From the NCBI GenBank assembly GCA_030167865.1, contig JALAGF010001161.1, positions 1-32,090 on the forward strand: 32,090 nucleotides of DNA, written 5' to 3'. This document shows, in pieces, positions 1-10,600 of the stretch (its first letter is position 1; each line of letters starts with the position of its first letter). The notes beneath the pieces are model-generated. The model saw nothing but the letters and a program-made list of their open reading frames with translations. It had not been told where the DNA came from and did no database searches. A program made the position numbers and the translations under genes. This DNA is from Craspedostauros australis. Its lineage: Eukaryota.

Positions 1-2
1 AT

Positions 3-422
3 CTCATCTTCGGCGACAAGGACAAGTATCTGCATGCAAACAAGCACGCACTCCCCTTCCAACCCAACTTCATCCTCAACCACGCCGACATCCATCAAGG
101 CACCGGCGGCATCGACGAAACCCGCCCTAACTACCTGTTCGACAAGGTCCTGTTTTCAGCTTTGACGACCCTGCAGTTGCAGCTGGAGGCCGATCTGAGC
201 CTTGGCAACTGCTGTTCGAACTTCCACAACGTCCTGTTTGATTTGCTGCGTGCCGGATGTGGCCAGCGACAACAGCGCGGACAGTGTCTGCAGAAGCATC
301 CCAATCCAGAATTCCGGCTGTGCTGCTTCAAGGCACCTCAGTGCATGCGCGAGCGCGATCGCGATCTGGCCAAGCACCTCAACGTGTCGAAGGTGCGGTT
401 GATGGAATTGCAAAAGTGGTGA
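3..422 (+). CDS. 3' end of a putative fucosyltransferase-like (GT23/FUT8-like) glycosyltransferase, 5'-truncated by the window
   Basis: The frame of the 162..422 ORF is open back to base 3 (LIFGDKDKYLHANKHALPFQPNFILNHADIHQGTGG...). LEADLSLGNCCSNFHNVLFDLLRAGCG resembles the C-terminal 'D..vGt.sSN..r...el' motif of GT23-type fucosyltransferases. A Cys-rich tail follows, and the stop is TGA at 420-422. The family call is by eye. Confidence 0.55.
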   Translation, partial: LIFGDKDKYLHANKHALPFQPNFILNHADIHQGTGGIDETRPNYLFDKVLFSALTTLQLQLEADLSLGNCCSNFHNVLFDLLRAGCGQRQQRGQCLQKHPNPEFRLCCFKAPQCMRERDRDLAKHLNVSKVRLMELQKW

Positions 423-1326
423 GGTGACGCGACACGACATGGCGTAGCTCGTATCGCAGAGCTGGCGAAGTGGAATGCTGATTCGTGGTTTGATCGGGGT
501 TTTGCGTTTTGGAGAGTGATGAAGGAAGCGCTAAGAACAGAGCCACGACCTGAGGCCATCAACGTTTAAGATGATTTGAGAGCATAACTTGTCCACAATG
601 GTTTGGTTTGGGTAGGACTGGATGGGGCTGGATTGTCCGAGTACCGAGAGAGCAGTCCGGCTTCCATGCTTGTGCGTCTCTGTTGGGGCGAAGCACCACG
701 TGCAAAGACTCGCGGGGACAGCGCACGGCATTATTATGAATGTACTCGTATGGGTGGCCGTAGATTCCATCAGCAATCAGTAAAGGGAATGGAATGGAAC
801 GAAAGGAGACGAATTGGTTTGGATAGGCTGGATACTCTATGATACATACTTGTAGTCTGTTCGTTGTAATGGTACACGTTGTTGTTTCTTGTGGGAAGAG
901 TCGTCCCGTCCACTCCGATTGTTTGCGGAGGTACGACAAGAATGGGATTGTCGTGCCAATCTCACCTGTTGGACTCGTACCCCTTCATGTGTTGCTGGCT
1001 ATGTACTGTTTATGTCGAGACAGTTGATGTCCACTGAGGTGGCTGATGTTGCTGATTGCGTTCAATCAATGTCGCGACTCACAGATCGGTGTGTGGGATC
1101 CCACCCATGAACGCTGATCAAGTGTGGTGAAAGATCTATGATAATGCTCATCCCTAGGAATACTCCAGGGTTCTTGTCGTTGCCGTCGACTCGATTTGAT
1201 GCGATACGTGTCAATTGTTTTGTTTGATCTGTGCTAATTGTTCATGTTCATGCCGATTTGTGCTGTATTGTATTGGTCGTTGCTCAGTGTTGGCGTTGAT
1301 GCTGAAGTTGATCTTTCTCCGCACGT

Positions 1327-3496
1327 TTATTCCTCCTGTTGTTCTTGCCCCTGCTCTTCCTGCTGTTGCTGCTGCTCGGCCTGCTGCCTGGTCAGTGCCT
1401 CGGCGACCTTCTCGCATTCTGTCTGCAGCTTGAGATGCGTCCGTGTTCCCACCTCGAGCGCATTCTGCACGACGTTCTTGGCACCAAGGTCCTTGGCGCG
1501 CTTTCTTGCCTCCTTGGAAGCACGACACAGGGTGCCTATCGACTTCGCAGACAGACACGCGTTGTGGGGAGTGTTCTCTGCCTTGGCGAGCTCGTGAATC
1601 AAGGTTGACAGGAGCTCCTTCTTGGTGAAGTCGTTGGCATGGTTCAGCAACGAGTCGCAGATGCTGGCTGTGGACTCGGTGCGTGCTCTTGGCTTGGTCT
1701 GCAGGTCGTCTTCCTTCTCTTCGCCGTCCTCGGTGCCTTCGACACAGTTGAGGGCGTTTGCCAAGACTGCAAGCGCGAGGTTGTGGAGTCCGGTGATGTG
1801 CTCCTGTTGCTCGGAATGGGCGGAATCGACAAACTCGTCTCCCTCGCCGATACGTCGGAGCTGGATGAGGGACAGGATGGTCTCGCGGATTTCCCGGAAG
1901 GGTGCGTCGTTGAAGACGAGGGCTCCCTCCTCCTTCTCCTCGTCGAGCTGGGCGCTTCCGAGCAACACCACGTGGCTTGCGAGGAGGGCGGTGTCGAGGC
2001 CGGTCTTGTTGGGATCGGTGAGCAAGCAAAGACTCTCCAACCCCAATCTGCGAGCATCCATGCGGTCCTTCATGAGCAGGCCGTGCGCGATCTCGAGCGC
2101 GATGATGGCGTTCTCCTGTTCGGTTGCCGCATCCTTCTGCTCCATGGTGAGCATCCTCTGGATCTTGTTGGAGTACACAAGGTCGAGGTCGACGCCGTTC
2201 GTTGCCACGTGCTCCTCGGGATCAAACTCGCCAACAGCAGCATCCAGGATGAACCGGCTGTAACGATGGAAAGCAATGGAGTCGCCCTTTCTGCGCTGGA
2301 GCTCCACAACGGTGCCCTGCTTCCGGCTGTCGGAGCCGGTGTGCCACAGAGACAGATGCATCTCGACGCCCTCCGCTGTCTTCAGCTGTGCAGACGCCGT
2401 CTCGTCGTCGTAGTCCGCATGCACACTCAGAACGCGATTGGCCTCCGAGAGTCGGGCTGTGGTGCTGGCGACATCGTCCTGCACCAATCTGCTGGATCGC
2501 TCCAGCGGGTAAAACGGTGGCACTGGACGAACTTCCTTCGGGTTCCAGTTGCTCTTGGTGGATGAACCTTCTCCGGTGGTCTTTGGTCCTGCGGTTGATG
2601 ATGCCGATGCCGGTTTGCTGTCCGCCTTGGCGAAGAAGGATGCCTTGTCGATGACATCCGAGTTGCTGCCCAGGGCTGCTCCGGAACTCTTGCCCGCGAC
2701 GCTGAGAGGCCGTGGGATGGGGCTGATCATGCCCTGCGACGGTGCCATCATCTGCACCGATCTGCATGGTTGAAATCGAGGCGGGGTACCGGCAGGAGGG
2801 ACAAAGAACAAAAGGGACAGAGTGCGCGTGGACAAAATGAACGGAAGGAAGCAGAGCAGAGGAAAGAAGAGGCGGAATGCGGCATTTCCGAGGAACGAAT
2901 TCGAACAACATCGTGTGAGTGTTGGTGTTCGTGCAGTATTCGTGCAGTATTCGTGCAGTACTCGTGCTTTACGCGTACATCAACCATGAGACGAAAGCGC
3001 TTTGGAGGCGGTTTGGCGTCACGACACTCTGCCACGCGAACGGTGCGCGGAGATGCGCTCTTTCTTTCCTTGCACTCTGATCGAACCGAACGGCCGCAGA
3101 TGCCAGGCGCCATGGTCGATTTCGTTGCGGTGCATCTCCGATGCCGTTTCGGCACTATCACGGTACGAGTGAGCCCAACCGTTCCGGAGCTGCGTGAATG
3201 GGCTCGCGGCCTGTGTGCCTGAATGCACCATGTGGCTTGGTCGTGGAGCATCGCCAGACACACATGAAAATCAGCTCCTCCACGACTTAAATCTGAGCGG
3301 TGGAGACGACCGGTGGTTTCCTCTCCCGCCTTGCTGATGGATACGGCGCGTGGTGGCTCTCTGTTTGCTTTCAAGTCTGCTGCGTCGTTTCGAAAGGAAG
3401 GTGAACTTACCGCCATTCTGGCATGGATGCCTCAGGTGCGGCCGCAGCCGCTGGTTTCCGCGTGTCATTGTCGTTTGATGGTGCTGCCTTCTTCAT
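1327..3496 (-). CDS. Two-exon hypothetical protein (~506 aa) with a KA1-like domain followed by armadillo-like helical repeats; exons 3496..3411 and 2761..1327
   Basis: The long ORF 1327..2835 starts at a non-ATG codon. An upstream exon at 3496..3411 encodes MKKAAPSNDNDTRKPAAAAAPEASMPEW and ends CG|GTAAGT. It splices in phase 2 to CAG|A-TCG-GTG-CAG-ATG at 2761, giving ...PEWRSVQMMAPSQG. VVELQRRKGDSIAFHRYSRFILDAA is KA1-like. The segments RRLGLESLCLLTD, LALAVLANAL and ACLSAKSIGTLC are ARM-like. Confidence 0.8.
2762..3410 (-). other. Spliceosomal GT-AG intron, 649 bp, phase 2
   Basis: Consensus donor GTAAGT at 3410..3405 and acceptor TGCAG ending at 2762, preceded by a pyrimidine-rich stretch on the minus strand. 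Splicing restores the reading frame. Confidence 0.75.
2929..2967. repeat. 11-bp tandem repeat (TCGTGCAGTAT) x~3.5, intronic
   Basis: tcgtgcagtat tcgtgcagtat tcgtgcagtac tcgtgc, read directly. Confidence 0.9.
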
Positions 3497-6030
3497 CTTT
3501 GGTTCAGTTTTGGTTGTTCTTGCGTGATTGTGCGTGTTGTGGCTTTTTTGGTGAACGTGTTCTTCTGTGCTTCTTGTTGCCGTTTGTTGCTGCTTGTTTC
3601 TTTATCGTTGCCGTTATCGTTGATTTTCTATTGGTACAGCGCTTTGCTTTCTGCCTTGATTTGCTTGCTTCTTGTGTTGCTGGTTCACGATCGTCGTTGC
3701 TGTTGCATCCTTTGTTTGTGTGATTGATGCTCTGATGTTTACGCTTCGTTCTATCTCTCGTTCAGGTTGCCTCCCTTGAGTGCTTGTTCCTTGCTTTGTT
3801 GATACTGGTTGGTGTGTTTATTGTGGATGGAAGCTGTTGATGTTGGATGCTGTTCCTGTTGATGCGATTTGTGTGGTGTGACAGTGGTGATGTTGCCAGC
3901 GATTCGTGCTGTCTATGTTCGTCGTGCCAATCTCGCATTTGTGTTTGCTCGTGTCCGTACCAGTACCACTGAGCTCTGTGCTCTCCTTGTGCTCTTGTTT
4001 TCCTTGTGCGTGTTCCCGAATTGCGCGAAATTCACCCGTTGCTCTTCCGGCTTCCTCGCATTCTTTCGGCCTTCTTGTCGTTGTTGTCGTTCTTGTCGCT
4101 GTTGTTGTGATCGTTGTCACTGTCGTACAGAGGTTTTCGTGTCTCTCCCTCTGTCACGCTCCATCGCGCACTCTGGCGCAACCGTAACGACTAGGCACGA
4201 CAACACTACCTCGTGTCAATCGGAGGCGAATGTCGCGAAGGAGACATCTCGGACACGATCGGCTGATCCCTCCATGTCTTCCAAGTCGTATCCGTGTCGC
4301 AGTAAATGTCGTATGATCTGGTTCCAAGGCGTTCCTACCCGCTCTTCCTACTGGGGCCACGAAAGAACCCTGTCAGTTTTTGTCAATCGACTTCAGTCCC
4401 ACAGTCAATCATGAGCTCTCTGGATCGTGTTGGGGCGATATTTTTCTCATCACAATTTGAGACACACCGATCGATGCCTCTCCGACGTGGTTGGTTCTTG
4501 CTTTGGTCGTCGTTTCTTTCCATTCTCACTTGCGCTCTGTCGAGATCCGTCAAGGTCTTCTGTCCCACCGCGTGTTCTGTCATGCCTGGTCTCTTGTCTT
4601 GTTCGGTTATCCCCATCCACCTGAGGACTCTTCTTGAATCGTACCAGCATTCCTATCTCCGCCACCCCCTTGCACAGAGGTGATATTGGTGAGATATCGG
4701 GATTGTTTGCATTCATTTGGGTGGGACTCCTGAATAGTAGGGGGACCTGCATCATGCGAGCACTGACAACGCAAACAGTCCAAGGCACAGCAGAGACCTT
4801 GACGACAGATCAACAGAGAACGACTCAGGCATGGAGAAATACAAGTGCTTTACCATACTCGTAACGCGGACGATGTTGTCCAATGTATTGGGGTGCTGTG
4901 CGTACGCAGGTACAGAACGACGCAGCTTGGCGCAATGCGATCCAGCGAAGCGCAGCGCAGCAACAGCCACACATCAAATGGCTGCATTCGATCTTCATGG
5001 TGGAGCTCCACTGGTGCGAACACGGCACAAGTACTATGCGTATGAGCTACGGTTGGCTCGGTCTTCGTTGGCAAGAACAACATCGAACAGGTAGATGTTC
5101 GCGGTGCGTTCCTCGCCACCACAGCTCAAGTCTTTGCATCCGCACTTGGCAAAGGACAGAGCAGAGTCCACAAGTAGAATAACCATCGGTGTAGCGCAAC
5201 GCAACCATTGGCCTAGGTCGTGCCTAATCGTAGTATGATACATTTCCGCCATGTGGTGCCTTCCACTGCGTACTATACGGCCTAGTAGTACGTTAGAGAG
5301 AGCATCGTGTGTTTGGTAACAGGAGCTCGCACCTCCGGTCAACAAAGAGAGGCCGAAAGTGTCAACTTTCGTTGGGTCTTCAACTTTATCACTCTTCTCA
5401 TGCTAGCGAAGATGGATCTGGAACATGATCCCATGCGAGGAACATCTTCTGCTGTGTCCCTTGTTTCGCTTGTTTGCGGACCGTCGATTCTGACAAGAAG
5501 CCATTGAAGGTGCATGACGCAGGCGCAGTGTGGCGGTTGCAGATGAGTCTCATACTTGAACGATCTACATACGGATAGAGTACGTGGAGGATGTGGCACA
5601 TGTGCGTCTCTTCGGACTTGGTGATGGGATTACGCGAAGGCCGGAGGGTTGAGTAGTCAGCTGTTCTTCTGGTTTGCTCCAGCTCCTACGTGATGCCATG
5701 CCTGCGAGTCACCATGCATGGTCGTCCTCCCTCTCCAGAGAGACTAGGCTGCAAAGTCTACAATTGCCTATTGAAGAAGTGTAGACGAGCAACAACATCA
5801 TCATCAACCTCCACGCGGTGTTTGCTTCTCTTTTGCCATCGAAGAAGCTCTCGGAATTCCGATGGGGGCGCTTTCGTCCACGTTGCACACCTCAGATGCA
5901 ATTCAGGGGGCGCTCTCGTCACATTTCATTGCAACTTATCTCATTCATCACGACGCTGCGTACCATACCACACACACGCTATCCTTGTGACACCGCAATC
6001 TTATTCAACTCTCATCAACTCTCATTAAAT

Positions 6031-6099
6031 CAAGCCAAGCCAAACCAAACCAAACCAAACCAAACCAAGCCAAACCAAACCAAGACAAGACAAGCCAAA
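6031..6099 (+). repeat. Degenerate pentanucleotide microsatellite (CAAAC/CAAGC/CAAGA)n in the leader of the TspO-like gene
   Basis: About 14 tandem 5-bp units, ending ~75 bp upstream of the ATG at 6173. Confidence 0.9.
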
Positions 6100-6172
6100 T
6101 AGAGGCACAGCGCCAGCAACACATCACAAGCAGTCTTAATTCTCCACAAAAACACTACTAAAGCATCACAGC

Positions 6173-7219
6173 ATGAGCATCCTCGCCAGAGTGAACAACC
6201 CATCGTTGGTTGCTGGATTGACGGCAGTCACCTACCTCGTCAGTCCCTTCATCCAAGATGCCTTCCTCAAAGAATCCACGCCATGGGTCGCGGTCCAGTC
6301 TGCCAACATCATCATGTACGGCCTCTCCGTGTGGGCCGTCTCGCAACCAGGACGCAACGACACGCAGCCGGAGATTCAAGCGCAACAGCAGGCCGGCGGG
6401 CCTCCCACACAGCAGTTGCTATCCGCCAACGACAAGAGAGATGCGGCTGCCGCCACCGCAGATACCGATGAATCTTCCGCTGCGGTGAACTTGATGGATA
6501 CGCCGCGTGGGCGCACCTTGGTCATGCCGGCGGGATGGGCCTTTGCCATTTGGGGTCCCATCTACGTGGGTGAGTTGATCATGTCCATCACGCCCTTCTT
6601 CATCACCGACACGGCATTACAATCGGTCGTGCGTCAGACCACGGGTCCCTTCGTCGTGGCCCAAATCTTCCAGACGCTGTGGACGGCGTCATTCCGCCCC
6701 AAGTACAAGTCCTACTTCCGATTCGTCAGCGTCGCCAATTTGGCCGGCGTCGCCTACACCTTGTCCAAGGCCAACGCAGTCTACACGGGTGCCGCCGGTG
6801 CCATGATCGGATGGAAGGACTACGCCTTGCTGTTCCTGCCGCTGTCGTTGCATTTCGGTTGGACCACGGCTGCGTCACTCGTGGACCTCAACGGTGCGCT
6901 GGCCATGAGCGAGACCATCACGGCCACCACCGTCGCGCGTGTGGGTCATCTTTCGGCCATCGCTGCGACGGCGCTCGGATTGGGCATCACGTTGGTTCGC
7001 GATGCACCAGTGTTCGGCGGCGTCATCGCTTGGGCCTTGTCGGCCGTCGCATCGGGCGTGTCGAAGCGGTTGGATGGCAATGAGGACCCGGAGGCCGTGG
7101 GCATCCGAGGAGCGGCATTCCAAGTCCGTCTGTGCCAAGTTGGGGCCGCCTTGAACATCGCAGCGGCGGTTGCGGCCGCGTTCGGATGGACGGCAATGTT
7201 GGATGTCATCAAACCGTAG
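6173..7219 (+). CDS. TspO/MBR-like (tryptophan-rich sensory-like) multi-pass membrane protein, 348 aa
   Basis: Single ORF with an ATG start. Motifs TLVMPAGWAFAIWGPIYVGE, FQTLWTASF, PLSLHFGWTTAASLVDLN and GGVIAWALSAVA match the extended TspO-like family. It has about 8-9 hydrophobic segments. Confidence 0.75.
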   Translation: MSILARVNNPSLVAGLTAVTYLVSPFIQDAFLKESTPWVAVQSANIIMYGLSVWAVSQPGRNDTQPEIQAQQQAGGPPTQQLLSANDKRDAAAATADTDESSAAVNLMDTPRGRTLVMPAGWAFAIWGPIYVGELIMSITPFFITDTALQSVVRQTTGPFVVAQIFQTLWTASFRPKYKSYFRFVSVANLAGVAYTLSKANAVYTGAAGAMIGWKDYALLFLPLSLHFGWTTAASLVDLNGALAMSETITATTVARVGHLSAIAATALGLGITLVRDAPVFGGVIAWALSAVASGVSKRLDGNEDPEAVGIRGAAFQVRLCQVGAALNIAAAVAAAFGWTAMLDVIKP

Positions 7220-7624
7220 ACACATCACGACAGAGTGCTTCGCATTGACCATCCGTACAACAATCCCCATACATAACCGCATTGCAATGTTCATGAATGA
7301 AGGTCTTGCAGCAATGCACAGAGCCAAGGCCTCCATAGGCTAATCTATCAGTTTTCATCACACCCGTATTAGTACATATAATCCGTTTCACACCGTTCTC
7401 TGTCGAACTGCTGAGTTGTCAGTATCTCGTCTCCAACGAAAGTCTCGGACCGAACAGTGTTGTTGCACAAGCACACTGAAGTCTCGTGTGCATCAACAAG
7501 TAGAGTCGTTTGGGATAGTCTGCATTTGCAGGCGCTTGAGTATTGTATGGTGTTGTATTACGGTAGTTTTACGGTATCGTGCTGAAATAGGGTATCACAG
7601 TGCATGGCAGTACCATCCATCGTT

Positions 7625-10600
7625 TTACCTGCTCCGGTACTGCGAGTAGCCATCGTAACTATGGCCGCTCGCGGAGACGGATCCCGACTGAGATGATCTG
7701 GAAGACGTGTGTCCTGTCGCCGTCGAGGCCGACGAAGTCGCGGGCTTGCGAGGCACGGTCAGCACTGTCAAGGTCCTCTCGAAGTCGGATTTGCGAGCCA
7801 TGATGGTCGTGATCTCAGACACGGTCATGCGCGAAACATCCTCCCCATCGATCGCGATGATCCTGTCGCCTGGCACGATCTTGCTGGCCAGAACCGACGA
7901 CGTGCGAACACCCGAGACCACGGTTCCCTTTGAGTCGGCCTTGTTGGCCAGGATGATGCCCAGCTTTCCAGGCGGTGCCCTCACAGTCATCTTCGTTCGT
8001 CGGCTGGCGGCGGTGGATGCACTTGTCACGGACGACGTCGATGACGCGGCGCCACGGGATTTGCGATGGTCGCGGGAAGAACGGGTGTGATGATGAGAGG
8101 ACAGTCTGCTAGATGCGATGGAAGATGGTCCGCGCATGGATTCCTCGCCGCCGCCGGGTGCATTGGAAGAGCCGACCATCGCAAGCTGCATCTCCAATCG
8201 CAACAAGTCGTTCGCCACGCTGCGGGACTGTTCGGACATCTGCGAGATGTATGATTTTGTCGACTTGTGAGAATATCGCGATGAACGCGAGTGGCGGGAG
8301 CCTCTGGAGTCCACGGACTCGCCAGATGAAGCCTTGTGGTGGTGGTGTCGCGATGAGCGCGCACGAGAACGAGACTTGTGCGATCGGTGGCTTTTGTGCG
8401 ACTTGTGAGAGCGGTTGCCCGTCGAGCTCTTGGAACGTCCGCTCAGTGATTCGAGATCAGCAGCGATGCCACGCGGACCGAGCGCCCCCGTGACACCATC
8501 GATCAACCAGTCCTGATCATCCTGATCGTTGTCCGAATTCTCGGACGATGAAACCTCCGAACTCTTCGACCGATGCAAGCGACCGTTGTCGCGTTCACGA
8601 CGTCTCTTTTCACGCATCCTCTCCTTCATGGTGCGTGCCGTCGACACGGCGCCGACGTCTCCAACAGAACGATGCGAACTGGCGCGGTAGCCGGAAGCTG
8701 GAGCATTGCGCAGCCTGGATTGATTGGTCGCCTCCAGGCTCGAGATGATGTCTGACACCGAAGTAGTCTCACCACGCTCGTAGGCGCTTGATGATGACTT
8801 GTGTCCAACGCTGGCGCCGCTTCCACCAACAGCGCTGCCATCGCTGCCCGGTGCGTTCATGTGGGCGGAGCTGTGTCTGGAGCTGCCGTTGTATGATTTG
8901 AGATTGTGCTGCTGTCGAAGGTGCGATGCGGTCAACGCGGGTGCCGAGCTCACGGATGCCGACGATGTCTTGCCACGCCGCGAACTGCGCGTACGTGACT
9001 TGTTCTTTGCCTGTGCAAGCAACTCGGAGAGCGATTTTTCTTCTGGAACGGACGCTGCAACGAGCCCCTCGTTGTTGACAAATTTGATTCCGTTGCCGCC
9101 ATCACCTCCTTCGGCCTGTGCCGGCATCCCAAACTCGTTTGACGGTTGCTGTCGTGGTTGTGCCAATTGCTGCTGCGGTTGCGGTTGCTGCTGCGGATAC
9201 TGTGGCTGCTGCTGCTGCTTTTGCATGACGTGCAATTGTTGCTGCTGCTGTTGCATCTGGTAGTTTTGAAAGCTATCATCTTTGCCCGACATCAAAGCAT
9301 CTGGAGTGTCGGTTTTGTGCTCGGAGAAGCTGTCGGCGTCCGAATTGCCGGCGTTGTGGTGCTTGGTTGCAGAGGAAGGACGCTTGCTGGAATTGGACAT
9401 GATGGATCGATTGTGACTCCTCTTGTCGAATGGACTCGTTCCGAATGCTCCAAAATCAGCAAAGTCCTGAAATTCGTCCTCGTAGGAGAACTCGCTGGAG
9501 GCATGTGATTTGGGAGACGTGAAGTTCCTGACCGGTCCGTTGGGGGTGTTGCGGCTGTTGATGGTCAACCCCTTGGACGGTGTGGTCGCTCCAAAGAACT
9601 TTTGCGCCGGCGAAGTGACGCCTGGAGCATCGCCTCTGGGCACAGATGTGTTGACGTAGTGGGGGTCAGTCTTACCGGAATCCAACGGTGAAACCGCCGA
9701 TCTGGTTACGTTGTGAGCGGCGATGGTGTTGTTGGCGATATTGCCATCGCCGAGACTTCCTGCTGTGGGGGATCTGACCTGGCCCATCGCCGATCGATTG
9801 GGGCCATTTCTGTTGGAAAGGGAGACTTCACGTGGCGTGGTGTTAGTGGTGGTAGATGACGCGGAGGGGCTGATGGTCCAGGCACGGAAGTCTTCTTCGC
9901 TTTCGTGGGTCATCTTGGCGAGGTGGATGCGGCCAGGCTCGTCAAGATCGTCCGATAGCAGCCGACTGGGTCCAGTGGATGCGCTGGTTGGCGTGCGGAC
10001 GTTGTCGGTGCTGGTGGCATTGGTTGCAGGCACGTCGTTGGTGGCGATGTGCAGGTTGGCCACGGCGTTACCACTGCTGTTCCTGTGGCTGTTGCTGTTG
10101 ATGTTCCTGCTCCTGCTACCGTTGCCGTTCCCGTTGCTGTTTTCAGCGTCGCTCTGTTCTGGCTGCCCCAGCATGCTGGCCATGCTGAGAGGCGCCACTG
10201 GCATGATACGCGGTGGATTGTCCCTTGCGGAGGACTGGGCGGTGGAGAGCGTCATCTCGTCATCGGTTTGCAAGGCCGGGAAGATGGGGTCATTTTCCGT
10301 GTTGTACGTGGTGCCACTGACGATGGAGGAATCGAGGGTTGCGTTGAGCATGCCCATTGGGATGACGCCCCGCTTGCGGAGCGCTTCGTACTCCGAGTCC
10401 TCGGCGTCGGTGCTGAGGTTGAAGGAGGAGCTGGAGGCGTCCGATCGTTCCATGTCATCCATGGCAAACATCTGCTGCTTTGGGATTTCTCCACCCATCG
10501 TCATTCTGTAGACTGGTCCTGAGGGATTTGGTGCTGGCACCAATAGGTTGGAGTGCTGATGATGATGATGATGCGACTTGGAGGTGTGCTGATGCTGCTG

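Noticed and set aside
1622..2565. Long antisense and alternative-frame ORFs (213 aa, 308 aa); similar ones overlap the PDZ, UNC-93-like, FAX-like and 952-aa genes
   Set aside because: They are shadow ORFs of GC-biased coding sequence with no independent motifs.
1327..2835. 502-aa ORF start at 2835 (MSTRTLSLLFF...)
   Set aside because: The start is non-ATG and the first ~25 codons are the pyrimidine-rich intron end. A spliced model with the ATG at 3496 fits better.
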